The notes below the pieces were generated by a model, which was not told where the DNA came from, did not search any database, and saw only the letters and a program-made list of their open reading frames with translations. Position numbers and translations under genes: made by a program. From a virus (Duplodnaviria; Caudoviricetes), in the IMG/VR virus record IMGVR_UViG_3300031994_000064, positions 1 to 64,000 of that record: a stretch of DNA of 64,000 nt; one strand, given 5' to 3'. This document shows, piece by piece, positions 17,892 through 25,227 of the stretch; within the stretch, counting starts at the first letter, position 1; every line of letters starts with the position of its first letter.

Positions 17892-17944
17892 CAACCTAAA
17901 ATTAAACATTACAATTACAAATATTATTAACAAAAATCAAAATT

Positions 17945-18244
17945 ATGAAAAGATTTGAAGGAAAGAAGTGCATCATCAGGAGTTATGGTGCAGGGGTGTT
18001 CTTCGGAACGCTCGAAAAGGTAGAGGATAACAACTGCGTGGTGTTGTCTGACGTGCGGCGCATTCATTTCTGGGACGGCGCGGCTTCTTTGAGCCAGCTT
18101 GCCACCGAAGGGGTGAAGAGACCTCACAACTGCAGATTTTCCGTTGTAGTGCCGTCATGTGCTGTGACGGGGGTGCTTGAAATCATTCCTTGCAGCGACG
18201 AGGCGATTAGAAACATTATGTCCGTGCCTGTATGGAAGCAATAG
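17945..18244 (+). CDS. DUF6948-like small protein
   Basis: CIIRSYGAGVFFG...VRRIHFWDGAASLSQLATEGV motif, as recalled. Confidence 0.7.
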   Translation: MKRFEGKKCIIRSYGAGVFFGTLEKVEDNNCVVLSDVRRIHFWDGAASLSQLATEGVKRPHNCRFSVVVPSCAVTGVLEIIPCSDEAIRNIMSVPVWKQ

Positions 18245-18969
18245 AGCGATGGGTTAAATACAACCTTGGAACTGATGGCTATGGCTATGGTGGTGGCTCT
18301 GGCTATGGCTCTGGCTCTGGCTATGGCTCTGGCTATGGCTCTGGCTATGGCTATGGCGATGGCTCTGGCTCTGGCTATGGCTCTGGCACTGGCGATGGCT
18401 CTGGCTCTGGCTATGGCTCTGGCTCTGGCTCTGGCTATGGCTCTGGCGATGGCTCTGGCTCTGGCGATGGCGATGGCTCTGGCGATGGCGATGGCTGTTT
18501 GAGTACTTATTGTGGAAAAAAAGTGCATTATATAGACGGTATACCCACTGTCATTCACTCCATACGCGGTGCTTTCGCTAAAGCGGGTGTTATACAAAAG
18601 GATTTCACCGAAAAGCCATGCTATTTGGCAAAAGGTAAAGGATTTTTTGCACATGGTGAGACCGTGAAGGAAGCCGCCACTGCACTGGAAGCGAAAATTG
18701 CCGAGAATAAACCGATTGAATTAAGGATTGAGCGTTTCGTGCAGAAATATCCGACCATTGACAGTGTGGCCGAGAACAAGGAATTGTTCATTTGGCACCA
18801 CATTTTAACGGGCAGCTGCGAGTTCGGCAGACGCGAGTTTGCGAAGAAACATGACATAGATGTGGAGCATGGCAGAATGACCGTTTGCAGATTCATTGAG
18901 TTGACCGAAGAAGAATATAGTGGAAGAATAATAGCTTTGTTAAAGCAAAAATACGAAAAATCGAATTAA
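18232..18969 (+). CDS. Protein with Gly/Ser/Tyr/Asp hexanucleotide-repeat tract and conserved C-terminal domain
   Basis: GYGSGSG low-complexity block followed by ...WHHILTGSCEFGRREF. Confidence 0.8.
   Translation: MEAIERWVKYNLGTDGYGYGGGSGYGSGSGYGSGYGSGYGYGDGSGSGYGSGTGDGSGSGYGSGSGSGYGSGDGSGSGDGDGSGDGDGCLSTYCGKKVHYIDGIPTVIHSIRGAFAKAGVIQKDFTEKPCYLAKGKGFFAHGETVKEAATALEAKIAENKPIELRIERFVQKYPTIDSVAENKELFIWHHILTGSCEFGRREFAKKHDIDVEHGRMTVCRFIELTEEEYSGRIIALLKQKYEKSN
18277..18494 (+). repeat. In-frame GGCTCT/GGCTAT/GGCGAT hexamer minisatellite
   Basis: Directly visible tandem hexamers. Confidence 0.9.
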
Positions 18970-18978
18970 AACAACAAT

Positions 18979-19054
18979 AAATCACCTTACGTGGTATGGG
19001 TAGAGGACGTGGAATGGTCGGCATTGGCTGACACGTTGAAGCGTCAATCTATTT
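18979..19054 (+). mobile_element. Orphan copy A of the TnpB right-end/omegaRNA 3' module
   Basis: 69/76 identical to 25245-25320 (reverse complement), aligned by hand. Confidence 0.85.
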
Positions 19055-19084
19055 AACAAAAAAAATAAAACAACGTAGAACAAT

Positions 19085-19585
19085 ATGTTTCAGATAGAAG
19101 GCATTTTAAGAGAAATCACGCCGGTGCAGTCCGGCACATCGGCACAAGGAAACTCGTGGCAACGCTGCGAGGCAATCGTAGAAGCACAAGACGGTCAATA
19201 TGTCACAACCTACGTCTTCACCGTCTTCAACAAAGACATCACAATCCACGTAGGCTCTACCGTGGTATGCGACTTTTATGTAAAATCACAGAACTACAAC
19301 GGAAAGTGGTTCACAAATCTGAATTTGTTTAAGATGGAGCCAAGCGTCCAACAGCCGACATACCAACCTCCGGCACAGCCGCAGTACAACAACCAAGGCT
19401 ATCAGCAGCCGATGCAGCAGCAACCGAGACGGCAACCCGCACCGCAGATGCCCGCGCAACCCGTAAGACCGACACCCGCACCAGCACCGCAGCAATACCA
19501 GCAACCGCAGATGCCGCCGATGCCGACTGCACCCGTGCCGAAACAAGGCGCGTCCGTTGAGGAGGTCAACGACCTGCCGTTCTAA
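19085..19585 (+). CDS. DUF3127-like single-stranded DNA-binding protein
   Basis: OB-fold-like N-terminus (SGTSAQGNSWQR), Gln/Pro-rich linker, SSB-type DLPF tail. Confidence 0.8.
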   Translation: MFQIEGILREITPVQSGTSAQGNSWQRCEAIVEAQDGQYVTTYVFTVFNKDITIHVGSTVVCDFYVKSQNYNGKWFTNLNLFKMEPSVQQPTYQPPAQPQYNNQGYQQPMQQQPRRQPAPQMPAQPVRPTPAPAPQQYQQPQMPPMPTAPVPKQGASVEEVNDLPF

Positions 19586-19628
19586 AATCAGTAACCAATT
19601 CATTTTCAAACCTTAAATTATCACAATT

Positions 19629-20543
19629 ATGGTACAACAACAAAACCAAATCCAACAGCAGCAGCCGAAACTCGGCATCGCCGCACTCAAAAACGTCCTC
19701 AACAACGACGCTATCAAACAGAAATTTGCAGATATGCTCGGCAAAGAATCGCAAGGGTTTATAACGAGCGTTATTGCTGTTTGCTCAAACAACCAGCTTC
19801 TTGCAAAAGCAGACGCTAACAGTATTGTTCTTGCGGCTTCTCTTGCGGCAGGAATGAAGCTACCGATAAACCCAAATCTGGGTTATGCGGCTATTGTTCC
19901 GTTTAGAGACGGCAAAACAGGAATCACTACAGGAACCATGCAAATAATGCGCAATGGTTGGGTAGAGCTTGCTTTGCGTACTGGAAAAGTTGCGAAAATA
20001 ACCAACGAACTCGTTTACGAGGGAGAACTTGTCAGCAAAAACCGCTTTACCGATGAGTATGTGTTTGACGAAACAAAGCGCGTGTCAGACAAGGTTATAG
20101 GCGCGATGGCATACGTTAAATTGACGAAAGAAATGGGAGGTCTTGAAAAGACCGTTTACTGGACTACCGAACAGTGCTTAAAACACGGCAAGAGATATTC
20201 GCAAACATTCAGAAAAGGCTACGGACTTTGGGTTTCCGACCCGGAAAGTATGTTTTTGAAAAGCGTGCTAAAGCATTTGATTGTCAAATATGTTCCAAAA
20301 TCTATCGAGCTACAAAAAGCTATTGATTCAGACCAAGCCGCGTTCACTGGCGACATCGACAACCCGAAACCTGTTTACGTTGACAATCCGCACGAGGAGG
20401 AGGTCGGCGAACCAGTCGATTTCGAGGAGGTCGATACCGAAAGCGGCGAGGTTCAGCAAGAGGAAGAACCCAAAACAACCATCGTTGTCGAGGATGACGA
20501 GCCGACCAACGGCGAACTTTTCAACGAAAAAGAACAACAATAG
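19629..20543 (+). CDS. recT: RecT/Red-beta family single-strand annealing protein
   Basis: LPINPNLGYAAIVPF, QIMRNGWVELALRTG, MFLKSVLK; acidic tail. Confidence 0.85.
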   Translation: MVQQQNQIQQQQPKLGIAALKNVLNNDAIKQKFADMLGKESQGFITSVIAVCSNNQLLAKADANSIVLAASLAAGMKLPINPNLGYAAIVPFRDGKTGITTGTMQIMRNGWVELALRTGKVAKITNELVYEGELVSKNRFTDEYVFDETKRVSDKVIGAMAYVKLTKEMGGLEKTVYWTTEQCLKHGKRYSQTFRKGYGLWVSDPESMFLKSVLKHLIVKYVPKSIELQKAIDSDQAAFTGDIDNPKPVYVDNPHEEEVGEPVDFEEVDTESGEVQQEEEPKTTIVVEDDEPTNGELFNEKEQQ

Positions 20544-20595
20544 GAGGGCGATTTGTTCTTTCATAATTTGGTTATTTTTGATTTGTTGATATTGT

Positions 20596-20765
20596 TTGAC
20601 AGTCACCGCCTCACAAAGCCCTCCGGCGGTGACGATGCTCCGCGCAAGCGAGCGCATCTTGCCTTATATGGGCAGCGATAGCCACCAGCCCGCAACTGGG
20701 GCGGAGCACGAGGACGGGTCGCGCCCGTATATGCCGAGTATAAACATGAGGGACAACCTCGGCAG
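20596..20765 (+). ncRNA. GC-rich multi-helix RNA element upstream of tRNA-Ser
   Basis: Helices GTCACCGCC/GGCGGTGAC, TGCTCCGC/GCGGAGCA, ACGGG/CCCGT, TGCCGAG/CTCGGCA. Confidence 0.5.
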
Positions 20766-20790
20766 AAATAAACAATAAAACCCTCAAACA

Positions 20791-20877
20791 AGAGAGGTGG
20801 CCGAGTGGCTGAAGGCGGCGGTCTTGAAAACCGTTGGGGTGTAACAATCTCCGTGGGTTCGAATCCCACTCTCTCTG
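20791..20877 (+). tRNA. tRNA-Ser (anticodon TGA)
   Basis: Full class II cloverleaf: AGAGAGG/TCTCTCT, GCGGT-CTTGAAA-ACCGT, long variable arm, GTGGG-TTCGAAT-CCCAC, G73. Confidence 0.95.
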
Positions 20878-20904
20878 CAAAGAAAAATAAAAAAAAACGA
20901 CAGA

Positions 20905-21630
20905 ATGGCGAAAATAAAGATTTTAGGAAGCGGCAGCAGCGGTAACGGCTACATCATCGAGGCGGGCGGTCAATCGCTTATCCTTGAACTCGGCATGCCG
21001 TATGAAGACTACATCGTGAACGCCGATTTTTCAAGCATCGTGGCTTGCATCGTGTCTCACAGACACCGCGACCACTACCGCGAGAAAGTGGCTAAAAGGT
21101 TCGCCAAAATGGGCGTTAACGTGTTCGCCAACCAAGACGTTCACGATGCCTACACGGGCAAAGACAACCCTATAAAGGTGCTTGAGAAAGGCAAAGCCAA
21201 CTTTTTCGGCGACTTTGTTGTGCAAGCGATTCCGCTGTCGCACAGCGTCCCGAATTTCGGCTACCTAATAAAACACCCGAATATCGGTCGCCTCGTGTTC
21301 GCCACCGACACCAACGAGTTCAACTACAAGTTCAAGGAGATAAACCACTGGCTCATCGAATGCAACTACGACCCGAACATCGTTGTTGACACAAAACTAT
21401 CCGGAGAAGACGTGAGAAGCAACTACGGCGACCACCTCTCAAAACAGAAATGCTTCGAGGTGCTGCAAAACAACTACGGCGTGTTCACGAAGACCATCAC
21501 GCTCATCCATTTGAGCGACAGCAACAGCAACGCAAAAGCTTTCAAACAAGAACTGCAAGACCTTCTGAACTACGACAAAATAGAGGTCGCGGGGCTTACC
21601 AAAGACGTTCAAGTCATTAACCTACTTTGA
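20905..21630 (+). CDS. Metallo-beta-lactamase-fold hydrolase (phage nuclease type)
   Basis: GSGSSGNGY, SHRHRDH, LSHSV, ATDT, IECNYD, IHLS motifs. Confidence 0.85.
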   Translation: MAKIKILGSGSSGNGYIIEAGGQSLILELGMPYEDYIVNADFSSIVACIVSHRHRDHYREKVAKRFAKMGVNVFANQDVHDAYTGKDNPIKVLEKGKANFFGDFVVQAIPLSHSVPNFGYLIKHPNIGRLVFATDTNEFNYKFKEINHWLIECNYDPNIVVDTKLSGEDVRSNYGDHLSKQKCFEVLQNNYGVFTKTITLIHLSDSNSNAKAFKQELQDLLNYDKIEVAGLTKDVQVINLL

Positions 21631-21915
21631 TTCGCAAATAAAACGTCGCGCTGACTGACGTGCGAAGCGGGTTAGCCAAAGCCCCTGTCAGCAATAGGGA
21701 GCTACGTTGCGGGAGAATGAAACAATAGGCACTTCGGGGCGGTCGCCCTAACCCCGAACTCTGCGGACAGTGGTTAAAAAAAGCGAAAGCGACGGTGCTG
21801 CTGCCAAGCAAACCTCCCGACAACATTGGCGAAGGGCGCACAACGCGGGCAACCGCGACTTATACCGAAAAGGTATCACGGGCAACGCAGACGAACTGCG
21901 GAAACGATTAAAACA
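21630..21915 (+). ncRNA. IscB omegaRNA (HEARO-like scaffold)
   Basis: TTAGCC...GCTACGTT...ATAGGCAC...CTCTGCG...GGTTAAA...AAACC...ACAACATTGGCGAAGG landmarks directly 5' of iscB. Confidence 0.85.
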
Positions 21916-21922
21916 TTGAACT

Positions 21923-23161
21923 ATGGTGTATGTTTTAGACAAAGACGGCAGACCTTTGATGCCGACAAAGCGACACAGAAAAGTCAGACGGCTTCTTCGT
22001 GACGGTCTTGCTGTTGTCGTGAGACGAACACCGTTCACCATCAGACTTCTGTTTGACACGACCCATTACAAGCAGAATGTCACTCTTGGAATTGATGCAG
22101 GGTCTAAACACGTAGGTGTCAGCGCATCAACGAAAAACGAAGAACTCTTCAGTTCAGAGGTATTGCTACGCAATGATATTGTGAATTTATTAAGTACGAG
22201 ACGCGAGGCACGCAGAACAAGAAGAAGCAGAAAATTACGTCACAGAGCTGCAAGATTCAACAACAGACGAAAAGAAGATGGATGGCTTGCTCCGTCTGTA
22301 ATGCAGAAGGTTGACAGCCATATCAAGATTGCGAACCTTGTATGCTCAATTCTGCCTATTGATACAATTGTGATAGAGACAGCGCAGTTTGATACGCAGA
22401 AAATCAAAAATCCAGATATTAGCGGAGAAGAGTATCATCACGGAGAACAAGAAGGCTTTTGGAACGTGCGCGAATATGTTTTGTGGCGAGACGGTCACGT
22501 TTGCCAACACTGCAAAGGCAAAAGCGGCGACAAGATTTTGAACGTGCATCATCTTGAAAGCCGAAAGACGGGCGGCGACAGTCCAAACAATCTCATAACG
22601 CTTTGCGAAACGTGTCACAAATCATATCACAAAGGCGAGATTGAACTAAAATTCAAACACCGTTCAAATTCTTTGCGCGACGCGGCGTTTATGAATGTTA
22701 TGCGGTGGCGCGTGTATGAATTGATGAAAAAGATGTTTGCGGACAAGACCGTGAAGATTACTTATGGCTATCAGACAAAGCGCAAGCGCATTGAAAACGT
22801 AATAGAAAAGACGCATTGCGCGGACGCTTTTTGCATTGCTGGTAATTTAACTGCAAGACGCACAGACAGACTTTATAAAGGTCGTTTTGTCGCACGTCAC
22901 GCGAGAAGCCTTCACGTGTTTGTGCCAAAGAAAGGCGGAGTACGCAGAAGCACTATTGCAAACCATTGGATAGGGAAAAACAGATTGCAACGGTTTGATA
23001 CGGTTCGATACAACGGTGCTGATTGTTTTATTTCTGGAAGCTCAAACGGAATACCGTTTTTGCGTGATGCTGATTGGAAAAAAGTTACAAAAACATCAAT
23101 AGTAAATGCAAAATATGTCAAATTTATGTCTCGTAAGCATAGTTCTTTGTTGATTTTGTAA
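21923..23161 (+). CDS. iscB: IscB RNA-guided endonuclease (IS200/IS605 OMEGA)
   Basis: PLMP domain, RuvC-I GIDAG, Arg-rich bridge helix, RuvC-II IETAQFD, HNH (HHLESR..NNLITLCETCH), RuvC-III THCADA. Confidence 0.95.
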   Translation: MVYVLDKDGRPLMPTKRHRKVRRLLRDGLAVVVRRTPFTIRLLFDTTHYKQNVTLGIDAGSKHVGVSASTKNEELFSSEVLLRNDIVNLLSTRREARRTRRSRKLRHRAARFNNRRKEDGWLAPSVMQKVDSHIKIANLVCSILPIDTIVIETAQFDTQKIKNPDISGEEYHHGEQEGFWNVREYVLWRDGHVCQHCKGKSGDKILNVHHLESRKTGGDSPNNLITLCETCHKSYHKGEIELKFKHRSNSLRDAAFMNVMRWRVYELMKKMFADKTVKITYGYQTKRKRIENVIEKTHCADAFCIAGNLTARRTDRLYKGRFVARHARSLHVFVPKKGGVRRSTIANHWIGKNRLQRFDTVRYNGADCFISGSSNGIPFLRDADWKKVTKTSIVNAKYVKFMSRKHSSLLIL

Positions 23162-23195
23162 TATAATAAAATTTAGTAATATAACCTTTAATATT

Positions 23196-23654
23196 ATGTG
23201 CATTATGAGTTGGTTCAACAAAAAACAAAACAAGCAGAGCAAGTGGCACAACACCCCTTGCGAGTACAACGGCATCAAATTCGACTCCCACAAGGAGCGC
23301 GACCGTTACATCTTTCTCAAGTCTTTGGAAGACAAAGGCGTTATCAGCGACTTGAAACGGCAAGTCAGATACACCGTCTGCCCAGCTGTCTATGGAGAGC
23401 GTGAGGTGCAGCTCAAGACAAAGACCAAGATTGAGAAATACACGCGCCAAATCGCCTCGTACTACTATGCGGATTTTACCTATATGTTAAACGGCGAACT
23501 TGTCGTTGAGGACATAAAAGGAGCGGAAGGTACTGAAACAGAGGTATTTAGGCTAAAAGCCAAACTGATGTTGGCTCACAACGGAATCGAAGTTAAAAAA
23601 GTTTATAACCCTACGGAATGGAATCACGTGAACTACGGAAAGACCCCGAGATAA
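23196..23654 (+). CDS. DUF1064-like endonuclease
   Basis: KWHN...GIKFDSHKE...YYADFTY...VVEDIKG...FRLKAKLM. Confidence 0.8.
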   Translation: MCIMSWFNKKQNKQSKWHNTPCEYNGIKFDSHKERDRYIFLKSLEDKGVISDLKRQVRYTVCPAVYGEREVQLKTKTKIEKYTRQIASYYYADFTYMLNGELVVEDIKGAEGTETEVFRLKAKLMLAHNGIEVKKVYNPTEWNHVNYGKTPR

Positions 23655-23941
23655 CCGGCATCGCAGAGGCGATAGCATCGCAGTTCGGCTACAAGTTCGA
23701 GAATCTTCTTGAAAAAGGCAACAGCAACCACCTCACATCGGCGAGGAACTTCGCGTATTATATCCTGCACTACGACTACGGGGTATCTCTCAACGACCTA
23801 TGCGCAATGTTCCAACGCTCGAACAGGGAGGTCTGTTACCGCATTAAGAAAGTGCGCGACAAACACGAGAAAGAAAACGCTTTCAGACTGCGTTGCGAAA
23901 GCATAAAGAAAAAACTTGAAGCATCGCTGTCGGAAGAATAG
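23618..23941 (+). CDS. DnaA C-terminal (domain IV)-like HTH protein
   Basis: IAEAIASQFG...LL.K...TSARNFAYYIL...SLNDL..MFQRS pattern. Confidence 0.65.
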   Translation: MESRELRKDPEITGIAEAIASQFGYKFENLLEKGNSNHLTSARNFAYYILHYDYGVSLNDLCAMFQRSNREVCYRIKKVRDKHEKENAFRLRCESIKKKLEASLSEE

Positions 23942-23951
23942 TAAAAAATCG

Positions 23952-23959
23952 TATTTTTG
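23952..23959 (+). promoter_or_regulatory. Sigma -7 element driving the tRNA(CAT)
   Basis: TATTTTTG ending 17 nt before the tRNA 5' end. Confidence 0.65.
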
Positions 23960-23975
23960 CCGCGTGAAAGACGAT

Positions 23976-24049
23976 GGCGGGGTGGCGCAGATGGTAGCGC
24001 GTGAGAATCATAGTCTCAAGGTCAGTGTGTTCAAGTCCACTCCCCGCTA
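23976..24049 (+). tRNA. tRNA with CAT anticodon (Met or Ile2), extra T in the T-stem
   Basis: GGCGGGG/CCCCGCT acceptor, GCGC/GCGC D-stem, TGAGA-ATCATAG-TCTCA, AGTG(T)G-TTCAAGT-CCACT. Confidence 0.8.
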
Positions 24050-24120
24050 CAAACCATGCGGATTGAAACCATACCATATTTGGTGATTTTTTTGGATTTA
24101 TTTAGTGAATTGTGTGAAGA

Positions 24121-24146
24121 AGGGCGACTGTTAATTCAGCCGCCCT
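24121..24146. terminator. Hairpin between the convergent tRNA and lysis transcripts
   Basis: AGGGCGACTG-TTAATT-CAGCCGCCCT. Confidence 0.45.
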
Positions 24147-24203
24147 CTCTTCTTCTAACTAAAACACCTAAAAATTAAAAATTATGGAAAAAAACAACAC
24201 TGC

Positions 24204-24770
24204 TCATTTCCCAATGAGCAGGTTTCTCTTTATAGCCATCGTGTCGCCGGTGCAGCCGCTTATGGCAATCGCTTTCACACGCCTTTTGCCGAACAAGCAT
24301 TTGCGCTTCTCTTTGTACAAAGAAACAAGAATCTCGTCTTGAGCTGTAAACCCGCTTATTTCAAGCGTATCGTCAATGATTTGACCATCTATACTATAAC
24401 AATCGGTTTGAACGCAAAAATCGGCTTTGTGGGCTTTTCTGACGGTATCGTAAACATACACCAATGTGTCGCGGTAAACAGTCGTGTCGTGAACGTAATA
24501 AGTGACCTCGACAATGTTCTCCACATCACGAGGCTTTATGCCGTGCTCTTTCAGCGTGGCGACCTCCTTGCTGAAATAGTCTTTCAGCTCTTGAACGTCA
24601 ATCGTCTGCTGCCGAGAGTGGTCTTTGCTTAACTCGATGTCGTAGTTTTCCTTGAGCCTCCGTTTTTCATCGCCCTGCTTTTTAAGGCACACCGCCATTA
24701 TCACAATCGCAGCCACCATCAGCACAAAGATGGCAATCTTCGCTACCGTTATCCAAATGTTTTTTGTCAT
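24204..24770 (-). CDS. Spanin-like N-terminal TM plus periplasmic domain protein (DUF6549-like)
   Basis: N-terminal TM helix then coiled coil and beta region; end of the lysis operon. Confidence 0.55.
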   Translation of the reverse strand: MTKNIWITVAKIAIFVLMVAAIVIMAVCLKKQGDEKRRLKENYDIELSKDHSRQQTIDVQELKDYFSKEVATLKEHGIKPRDVENIVEVTYYVHDTTVYRDTLVYVYDTVRKAHKADFCVQTDCYSIDGQIIDDTLEISGFTAQDEILVSLYKEKRKCLFGKRRVKAIAISGCTGDTMAIKRNLLIGK

Positions 24771-24915
24771 CTTTTTTGATTTTCTTTGTTTTTCTTATAC
24801 AAACCCCGTATTGCTCCTCGAAATAAAGCGCAATCACATCGTAGAACATATACACCGCAAGCGCGACAATCGCCGCGATAAAAAGAAATTGCACGATAAT
24901 TGACAAAAATTTCAT
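24682..24915 (-). CDS. Small membrane protein (uncertain)
   Basis: Hydrophobic N-terminus; overlaps the next start by about 90 nt. Confidence 0.35.
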   Translation of the reverse strand: MKFLSIIVQFLFIAAIVALAVYMFYDVIALYFEEQYGVCIRKTKKIKKDDKKHLDNGSEDCHLCADGGCDCDNGGVP

Positions 24916-24921
24916 ATAAAT

Positions 24922-25212
24922 TTATCTTTGTGTTTCAATCTTTATTCCGAGTTTAAGCGCGATGAAATGCTCAAGTTTCGCACCATGAGAGGCTTTCCAC
25001 CCTTTGAGCATATAGATGCCGTCGCAATTGACGAGCAAAGGAATCACTGTCTGCATACATTTCTTCCAAGACCATGACACATTGCAGTGCTTTGTAGGGT
25101 TCACGGGTTCGTCTCCGCGAGAATACAAGAACTCTTCTGCTTTTGCGAAATTGTCCATCGCCTGCTCATAGGGCAAACCGCTGACTTGACCTGCAATATA
25201 AATTTTACTCAC
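24922..25212 (-). CDS. DUF4406 (nucleoside deoxyribosyltransferase-like) protein
   Basis: KIYIAGQVSG...PVNP...CDGIYMLKGW..S.GA.LEH. Confidence 0.8.
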   Translation of the reverse strand: MSKIYIAGQVSGLPYEQAMDNFAKAEEFLYSRGDEPVNPTKHCNVSWSWKKCMQTVIPLLVNCDGIYMLKGWKASHGAKLEHFIALKLGIKIETQR

Positions 25213-25227
25213 GTGATTTCTCCTTTC

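Noticed and set aside
18124-18654. Ala/Ile/Arg- and Met/Ala/Leu-repeat ORFs (18124-18654 minus, 18266-18502 plus)
   Set aside because: They are alternate-frame shadows of the hexamer repeat in the real Gly-rich gene.
20791-20877. Suppressor tRNA or stop-codon reassignment
   Set aside because: Anticodon TGA reads TCA (Ser); long genes are intact in the standard code and end in TAA, TAG and TGA.
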